A model generated the notes under the pieces. That model had not been told where the DNA came from. It ran no database searches and saw only the letters and a program-made list of their open reading frames with translations. The translations under genes were made by a program, and so were the position numbers. Shown here in pieces: positions 58,035-64,000 of a stretch of 64,000 nucleotides of DNA (position 1 is the first letter of the stretch; each line of letters starts with the position of its first letter). Source of the stretch: an uncultured Acidobacteriota bacterium (GTDB taxonomy: Bacteria > Acidobacteriota > Thermoanaerobaculia > Multivoradales > JAHEKO01); the NCBI GenBank assembly GCA_963713825.1, contig CAVQNG010000005.1:416001-480000 (forward strand). The letters run 5' to 3'.

Positions 58035-58102
58035 CATTGTAACTACTGGTTTCAAAGGGGTTAAGGTGATACCACTCGGATCAGCGGAGTGCTACGAGAC
58101 CT

Positions 58103-58132
58103 AACGTTTCACTGAAACGTTTCATTTGAAAC
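58103..58132. promoter_or_regulatory. Tandem palindromic enhancer (UAS) for a sigma-54 activator
   Basis: AACGTTTCACTGAAACGTTTCATTTGAAAC: two GTTTCA-N1/2-TGAAAC dyads about 70-100 bp upstream of -24. Confidence 0.7.
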
Positions 58133-58252
58133 TTTATGTTGCAACGCAAAGTTCCGTGATGCCCCACAGGAGCGCCGAGAAAAGGGTGGCACCTCGAGAG
58201 AGCGTCGAGGCAGTGAGGCTATGTGGCGGGAAAAAAACGGGTGGCACCCGGG

Positions 58253-59674
58253 TTACTTGAGGAGGCCGTGTTCGCGCATCTTCCGCCACAGGGTCGTACG
58301 GCTCATGCCCAGAGCCTCGGCCGCTTCGGCGCGTCGCCATTGATGGGCTTCGAGGGCAGCGCGAAGGCGCTCGTGCTCCGGGTCGCTGTCGAGCGGAACT
58401 TCGACGCGGCGCTCGGGTTCCGACTGCGGCTCGGGGCTCGGCCGGAAGGGCCGGGTGACGGTCACTGGCAGGGGTTCGGCGCCTGAGATCTCCAGTGGCA
58501 GGTCCCGTGGATGGAGGGTCTGGCTTCGGCTGACCGCTATCGCGTACTCGAGGGCGTTCTCCAACTCGCGGACATTGCCGGGCCAGGAGTAGCGCAGCAG
58601 AGCCCGCATCGCATCGGGTGAGAGCCTGACCGAGCGATCATGCCGGGCACCGACGCGGGCCAGGAGGTGACGGGCCAGGGGCTCGATGTCCTCACGCCTC
58701 TTGCGCAGAGGCGGTACTTCGATGGGTACGACACGCAAGCGGTAGTAGAGATCTTCACGAAAGGAGTCGTCGAGGATGGCCTGCCGAAGGTCCTTGTTAG
58801 TCGCCGCGATGATCCTGGCGTCCGAGCTTCGGCTCTCGCTCTCACCAACGCGCTCGAAGGTCCTCTCCTGCAGCACGCGCAAGAGCTTCACCTGCAAATG
58901 AACGGGAATGTCGCCCACCTCGTCGAGGAAAATGGTGCCGCTCGAAGCGAGCTCGAAACGACCTACCCGGTCCCGCACGGCTCCTGTAAAGGCACCTCGT
59001 ACATGGCCGAAGAGCTCACTCTCGAGCAGGTCCTGCGGGATGGCTCCCGAATTGACAGCCACGAAAGGGCCCTTGCTGCGAGGTGAGTGCACATGGATGG
59101 CCCGTGCGACGAGCTCCTTGCCGGTACCGCTCTCGCCAGTGATGAGAACCGTGGCATCGCTTCCTGCCAGGTGCTCGATCAGCCCGAAGATGCGCAGCAT
59201 CGAGGCTGACCTCGCCACCAGCCCAGAGAACACCGTCGGAGCGGCCGAGCCCGCCTGGTGATCCTCCTGGCTGGGTCGGACGACGACAACGTAGGCCACT
59301 CTGGGGTCGCATACCTCGGAGTCGGCGTGGATCACAGGCGCCGTGCTGATCGAGACGAGGTGAGGCTGAAATCCTTCAATCTGCAGGTTGCCGCCCCAGC
59401 CTTCGCGACGGTCACCGGCCGCGAGGGCCCTACGCAGCGACCCTTCGTTGCCGAACAGCTCACTCCCCAGGATGGATTCGATCGGCAGTCCGAGAATGGA
59501 TTTGGCTGCTCCCGGACCCATGATCCGATCCAGGCCTTTGGAGGCGTGAACGACATGGAACTGGCGATTGACGCAGATCAGAGCCCGGCCGAGCGACTCG
59601 AAGAGAGTGCTGACGCCGTCGAGGATGTCGTCGGCACCGAGCCCGGCAGGGGGCCACTCCTCTAGGGGAGGCAC
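58253..59674 (-). CDS. Sigma-54-dependent activator (PAS-like + AAA+ + Fis HTH)
   Basis: GESGTGKE, ESELFGH, GAFTGA, FLDEVG, WPGNVRELEN, LGMSRTTLWRK; likely GTG start at 59674. Confidence 0.93.
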   Translation of the reverse strand: MPPLEEWPPAGLGADDILDGVSTLFESLGRALICVNRQFHVVHASKGLDRIMGPGAAKSILGLPIESILGSELFGNEGSLRRALAAGDRREGWGGNLQIEGFQPHLVSISTAPVIHADSEVCDPRVAYVVVVRPSQEDHQAGSAAPTVFSGLVARSASMLRIFGLIEHLAGSDATVLITGESGTGKELVARAIHVHSPRSKGPFVAVNSGAIPQDLLESELFGHVRGAFTGAVRDRVGRFELASSGTIFLDEVGDIPVHLQVKLLRVLQERTFERVGESESRSSDARIIAATNKDLRQAILDDSFREDLYYRLRVVPIEVPPLRKRREDIEPLARHLLARVGARHDRSVRLSPDAMRALLRYSWPGNVRELENALEYAIAVSRSQTLHPRDLPLEISGAEPLPVTVTRPFRPSPEPQSEPERRVEVPLDSDPEHERLRAALEAHQWRRAEAAEALGMSRTTLWRKMREHGLLK

Positions 59675-59702
59675 GGGTTCATCCTCAGAGCAGGCACGGC
59701 TT

Positions 59703-60215
59703 TCACTCCCACCAGATATCCAGCTCTTCCGGTGGATTGAGCTTTTCGGGCTCGAAGCCCAGACGGCGCAGCTCGGTGATAACGGCTTCTTCCACCTCGG
59801 GTATCGCCGCCATGACCGGCTCGCTGAGCGTAGTCTGTAGCTCGACCTGGGAGGGGATGACTCCGACCAGAAGTACGTCGTCCGGCGCCTCGCCGATGAA
59901 ATCACCAGCCAGCAGCGCGTCTCGCAAGCTGGGATCGTGGGGTGACAGGCGCAAAGCGGGAAGGATCTTGGCGATATCCTGTTGCCGGTAGAGACGCACC
60001 TCGCCCGGCTCTCCCTTGGCTTTCACGGCATCCAGAACGATCACAGCGTCGAACTGGGCCATGTAGTTGACGAACTCCGGCCCTGGCGTGCCGAGATCGA
60101 GAAGCTCGATCTCCGACGGGAAGATGTAGTTGGCCTTAAGGAATTGGAGGACGTACGCACCGAAGGCGTCGTCCCCCATGATGATGCTGCCCAATGAGAT
60201 GATTCCAACTTTCAT
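59703..60215 (-). CDS. Hydrogenase maturation protease (HyaD/HybD family)
   Basis: GSIIMGDDAFG, DLGT, LDAV, SPHD. Confidence 0.88.
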   Translation of the reverse strand: MKVGIISLGSIIMGDDAFGAYVLQFLKANYIFPSEIELLDLGTPGPEFVNYMAQFDAVIVLDAVKAKGEPGEVRLYRQQDIAKILPALRLSPHDPSLRDALLAGDFIGEAPDDVLLVGVIPSQVELQTTLSEPVMAAIPEVEEAVITELRRLGFEPEKLNPPEELDIWWE

Positions 60216-60242
60216 GGGCTGCAAGTATATGCGCGTTCTCGG

Positions 60243-60368
60243 CTATTCCTTGCCTCCAGGCTCGCGGAGATAGCGCACGAAGTAGATCAGCAGCACGAGG
60301 AAGCACATCAGCAGCAGGTACTCGAGGCCTTTGGTCTCGAAGATGTTGACGTAGGTGTAGGTTTCCAT
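60243..60368 (-). CDS. 41-aa single-TM peptide, HmcD-like (not in the ORF track)
   Basis: METYTYVNIFETKGLEYLLLMCFLVLLIYFVRYLREPGGKE*; GGGAG SD; follows the HmcC/HybB gene. Confidence 0.75.
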   Translation of the reverse strand: METYTYVNIFETKGLEYLLLMCFLVLLIYFVRYLREPGGKE

Positions 60369-60384
60369 GGGTTCAGACTCCCTT

Positions 60385-61638
60385 CTACAGGCTGGCCGCA
60401 ATGGGTGGACGCGCGGTTTTCCTCTGCTCTTGCTCGGGCAACTCGTGAGCCTCGCGGAGTACCGGCATGCGCAGAACGATCCAGCGGAAGACCCAGATCT
60501 CGGCCGAGACCACCATCATCGTGACCACGATCTCCTGCCAGGAGGGGTAGTAGCGGACGGCCGCGTTCCAGTTGTAGGCGATCACCGAGATGTTGAGGCG
60601 ATTGACGACGATACCGAGGAGTGTGAGCACCGCGGCGGCTCGGATGATGCCGATGTGCCGGTGGCGCGCTCCGTAGGCGAACATGATGCAGGGAATCAGG
60701 ACGAGACCGATGATCTCGAGCAGATACCAGGCTCCCCAGCCGCCCCGGACCATCGTCCACTGCTTGTCGTGGAGAAAGATCAGCGCCCGGAAGAAGTAGT
60801 ACACGAACATGGAGATGGCGGCGCCCTTCGCCAGACCGATCACGATGTCGTCAAAGGAACCGTGCTTCTTCGGGTCGATCTGGTCCTTGAAGACCCGATG
60901 GCTGATGGTGCCTTCGAAGATGATCATGGAGAGTCCTGCGAAGATGCTCGAGACGAGGAAGAAGATGGGAATGAACTCGGAGTACCAGAGTGGGTGGATC
61001 TTGGGCTTGGCCATCAGGTAGAGGGCGCCGAGACCCGACTGGTGCAAGCTGGACAGGGTGACACCAAAGATCACCGCGGCCAGCGTCAGGGAGGAGAGGA
61101 TTCTTCGGGCTCGGCGGGCTCCCAGCCACTCGGCTACAACGGGAGAGAATTCGAGCAATTCCGTGAGCATGTAGAGCAGGAAATGCCAGGAAACCAGAAA
61201 GAGGACCGAGTTGAATCCGAAGCTATTGCCGATGATGGGGTTGATGATGTTCCAGGGCCGGCCCAGGTCGAGGGCCAGAGCGCCGGCGTAGAAGACATAC
61301 GCCAAAAGGCCGTTCAGGACCGTGGCACGGACGATGGGGTGGTATTTCTCCATACGCATGATGTAGACGGCGAACGTGATCGTGTAGGCGCCCCCGGCGA
61401 AGGCGACGCCAGTGACGACGTCGAATCCGATCCAGAAACCCCAGGGATACTCCTGTGAGAGATTGGTGACCGCACCCAGGCCCTTGGTGAAACGGACGAC
61501 CAGGATCCCCAGCCCGAGGAGCATGATGGGCACCGAGATCACGTTGAAGGGCGTGAAGATTTTGCCCCGTGGGCGCAGCTGGGAACGGACGAAGTTCCAG
61601 AATCCACCCTGGTCACGGACGACAGTCATCGAAGTCAT
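60385..61638 (-). CDS. HybB/HmcC (NrfD-family) membrane subunit
   Basis: YPWGFWIGFDV, DLGRPW, LSSLHQSGLG, NRLN, YYPSWQE. Confidence 0.9.
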   Translation of the reverse strand: MTSMTVVRDQGGFWNFVRSQLRPRGKIFTPFNVISVPIMLLGLGILVVRFTKGLGAVTNLSQEYPWGFWIGFDVVTGVAFAGGAYTITFAVYIMRMEKYHPIVRATVLNGLLAYVFYAGALALDLGRPWNIINPIIGNSFGFNSVLFLVSWHFLLYMLTELLEFSPVVAEWLGARRARRILSSLTLAAVIFGVTLSSLHQSGLGALYLMAKPKIHPLWYSEFIPIFFLVSSIFAGLSMIIFEGTISHRVFKDQIDPKKHGSFDDIVIGLAKGAAISMFVYYFFRALIFLHDKQWTMVRGGWGAWYLLEIIGLVLIPCIMFAYGARHRHIGIIRAAAVLTLLGIVVNRLNISVIAYNWNAAVRYYPSWQEIVVTMMVVSAEIWVFRWIVLRMPVLREAHELPEQEQRKTARPPIAASL

Positions 61639-61672
61639 GGTCGTGCTCCGTAATTCTGGTCTGTCATGACCG

Positions 61673-62518
61673 TCAGTCCTCCTCGTCCGAACCGGACATC
61701 TGATTGAGTCCATAGAGCAGGGCAGGTACCCCGAACAGCACTAGAGGAACGCCGTAGAGGAAGTCGCGTGTGTACTCTGGATAGGGAGTCGTTCCCAGGT
61801 CGGTCCGGAAGCCCAACTCCTCGAAGGGCACGGCCGACAGATAGAGCCAGCCGGTGCCACCCACTTCGTGCTCGCCGTAGATCTTGTGCACGTAGCGGTC
61901 GGGGTGGTTGTAGATCCGCACCCGGGCAATCTCCATGAGATCCCTCTTCTTGCCGAACATGAGGGCATCGGTGGGGCAGGAATCGACGCAGGCTGGTTTC
62001 TTGCCCTCTTGAAGGCGATCGAAGCAGAGGTTGCATTTCTGGATTTTGGGGTTCCATTCGTTGTACTCGAACTTGGGGATGTCGAAGGGGCAAGAGACCA
62101 TGCAGAATCGACACCCCATGCATTTCGACGAGCGCCAGATGACCGGACCCTCCTGGGTCTTGTACATGGCGTTGGTGAGGCAGGCAGCGGTACATGCGGG
62201 CTGCCAGCAGTGCATGCACTGGGTTTTGACGAAGACCTCGCCTCGGGTCGTGTCGTAGCGATTGACGACGGTCCAGGCAGACTCGCTGGTCTTACGCGGC
62301 GTCTCGAGAGCCTCGTCGTTGACAGTGTCTGGGACGGGGAAGCCGTGCTCGGTCGCACAGGCCTTCTCGCAGGCCCTGCACCCGATGCAACGGGTGGTGT
62401 CGACCAGCACGCCGGAGAACTCCGGCGAGGGTGCCGCGCTCTCGGACCCCCGTGCGTCGGTGCCGGTCAAGGCCATTCCGGCGACTCCTGTGACCTTCAG
62501 GAAATCCCTCCGATTCAT
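61673..62518 (-). CDS. HybA/HmcB Tat-exported 4x[4Fe-4S] protein
   Basis: MNRRDFLK Tat signal; CIGCRAC, CMHCWQPAC, CMGCRFC, CNLC..PACVDSCP; YGEHEVGGT; C-terminal TM. Confidence 0.92.
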   Translation of the reverse strand: MNRRDFLKVTGVAGMALTGTDARGSESAAPSPEFSGVLVDTTRCIGCRACEKACATEHGFPVPDTVNDEALETPRKTSESAWTVVNRYDTTRGEVFVKTQCMHCWQPACTAACLTNAMYKTQEGPVIWRSSKCMGCRFCMVSCPFDIPKFEYNEWNPKIQKCNLCFDRLQEGKKPACVDSCPTDALMFGKKRDLMEIARVRIYNHPDRYVHKIYGEHEVGGTGWLYLSAVPFEELGFRTDLGTTPYPEYTRDFLYGVPLVLFGVPALLYGLNQMSGSDEED

Positions 62519-63045
62519 CCTGCGACCTCCTTCTCAGGCGACAGCCGGTTGTGCCTTGCGCTTTCCTGCGAAGACGGGTTCGCTGCTCCCTGATGGCAGG
62601 TGCCGCAATTGCGGCTCGCATCGGGACCTTTGGCGACCTCGTGGCACTTCCAGCAGCTTTGATGAATGACGACCTTGGCGCTCATGGTCTCGTCGGCGAC
62701 GGTGTGTGGCGCGCTGTGGTGGCAGGTGGAACAGGCCTGTGGACAGGCCGGGGTCTCACTCTCGTGATGACAGGTCGTGCAGTCGATCCAGAAGTCCTGT
62801 AGGTAGTCCTCATGGGGCATCTGCAGCCTGACGGCATTGGTTTCGTGATGGCAGTCCGCACAGGGGATCTCGAAGTCCTCGCTGTGCATCTGGTGTGCGA
62901 AGGTCACCTCGCCGACCGAGGAAGGCGACACGATGACGTCTGGGGGCGCGGGTGAGAGGCAGCGATCCTCGGCTGGTTGGCCTGCGGCGGTGGTCGCGAC
63001 CAGGCCGAGAGCCAGCACGAAGAGAAAAAGGGTGGCACCTTTCAT
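62515..63045 (-). CDS. Class III (c3-like) multiheme cytochrome, five CxxCH
   Basis: Signal peptide; VTFAHQMH; CADCH, CTTCH, CSTCH, CWKCH, CGTCH. Confidence 0.88.
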   Translation of the reverse strand: MKGATLFLFVLALGLVATTAAGQPAEDRCLSPAPPDVIVSPSSVGEVTFAHQMHSEDFEIPCADCHHETNAVRLQMPHEDYLQDFWIDCTTCHHESETPACPQACSTCHHSAPHTVADETMSAKVVIHQSCWKCHEVAKGPDASRNCGTCHQGAANPSSQESARHNRLSPEKEVAG

Positions 63046-63106
63046 GCTTCGGTCCTCCAGGGTTCAGACTCACTCGAGTCAGAGTAGAAACTTCAGTCCA
63101 ATCGGC

Positions 63107-64000
63107 TCAAGAAACCGGCGCGGCGGTGTTGCTGGAGCCTACGAATGTGTCGCCGAAGACGGACCAGGTGATCTCGACGCCCTTCATCTTGGCTTCTTCA
63201 GGAGTCAGCGCCGTGGCCCGCTCGCCTTCTTCCTCCGCTTGCCTCAGAGTCGTCAATCGACTCCAGAAGTCACGAATCTCGCCCTCGTACCAGGGCAGGG
63301 CGTCGGCGCCGATCCTGAGGTCACCGAGCTCCTGGCTGAGCCTGGCCGGCTCCATGCAGCAGATCCACCCCAGGGCGAACGGCCGCCGGGTAACCAGTTC
63401 CAGGTAGTAGGTGAGGTCGTGGTTGACTCCAGTGACCTTGCCGGTGAGCGGCGAGGGGAAGGTCAGAAGGGTATCGCCCCGCCGTAGGGAGAAGAGTGGC
63501 TCTCCCTTGCGAACCTGGCTGCCTTGCGCCGGAAACTCGATGTCCTTGATGTCTTCGAGCGTCTTCAGGGCGAAGTCATCGAGGCCGATTCGCGCTTCGC
63601 CGGTGATGTCGATGCCGACCCAGGTGTGCTCGGGCGAGACGTAGATTCCACCCGGTACGTTGATGACGTTGGGCGAATGGGACTCTTCGACGGCAGCGGT
63701 CACCAGCTGGACCCGGGGAGCGATCTCCTTCTCGATGCGGTCCCGACGCCGAATCAGGCATTTGTTGGTGAAGGCGCCCAGCTCGTCTGGCGTGAAGGGC
63801 TTCTCCACGTAGTCCATGGCGCCGAATCGCATCGTCGACACCGCGGTCTCGATGGTTCCGTAGCCGGTGATCATGACGACGTCGATGTCGGGCCGGAGGT
63901 GCTTGACCGCCTTGGTCAAGTCCATACCGTCCATGCCGGGCATCTTCAGATCGGTGAAGACGAAGTCGTAGTCGTGCTTACGGACGAGTCCCAGCGCCTC
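63107..64000 (-). CDS. Response-regulator receiver fused to a GcvH-like domain (5' truncated by the window edge)
   Basis: ..FVFTDLKMPGMDG..MITGY..YVEKPF; then YVSPEHTWV..RIGLDDFA..SPLTGKV..VN..GWI. Confidence 0.85.
   Translation of the reverse strand, partial: EALGLVRKHDYDFVFTDLKMPGMDGMDLTKAVKHLRPDIDVVMITGYGTIETAVSTMRFGAMDYVEKPFTPDELGAFTNKCLIRRRDRIEKEIAPRVQLVTAAVEESHSPNVINVPGGIYVSPEHTWVGIDITGEARIGLDDFALKTLEDIKDIEFPAQGSQVRKGEPLFSLRRGDTLLTFPSPLTGKVTGVNHDLTYYLELVTRRPFALGWICCMEPARLSQELGDLRIGADALPWYEGEIRDFWSRLTTLRQAEEEGERATALTPEEAKMKGVEITWSVFGDTFVGSSNTAAPVS

Noticed and set aside
58049-58064. IHF site between the UAS and the sigma54 promoter
   Set aside because: TTTCAAAGGGGTTA is one base off WATCAA-N4-TTR spacing; position fits but the match is too weak to call
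59675-59905. N-terminal 77 aa of the sigma54 activator ORF
   Set aside because: Overlaps the hyaD-like gene in another frame; GTG 59674 with GAGGA SD is preferred

Overview
GC-rich bacterial chromosome segment; gene content (DUF1844, DUF4388, SpoIID-SPOR, envC-S41, dnaK-hspR) suggests Acidobacteriota, which is an inference. Positions 1-32 kb are mostly housekeeping and envelope genes. Positions 32-64 kb form a large sulfur/redox region: a trxA-TolC-MFP-RND-DUF2892-PII operon, two OmpW-type barrels, a Tat-less molybdoenzyme with a fused 4Fe-4S/NrfD subunit and TorD chaperone, a CstR-type divergon (TusA, DsrE2, rhodanese-persulfide dioxygenase), a sigma54-driven SQR-TusE-DsrE2-FadL-diheme cytochrome operon with its activator, and an Hmc/Hyb-like module with an unannotated 41-aa membrane peptide and a receiver-GcvH-like fusion. 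The main unexplained signal is a non-coding modular repeat present six times between 21.5 and 49.4 kb. It has tandem ~46-nt terminal units, two long hairpin modules with G.U/G.T pairing on opposite strands, and a central variable CCCCTA microsatellite. Copies sit just after stop codons or terminators, and one inverted pair brackets two genes. No transposase, tRNA, rRNA or CRISPR array was found. All family assignments are from motif recognition by eye; no database search was run.
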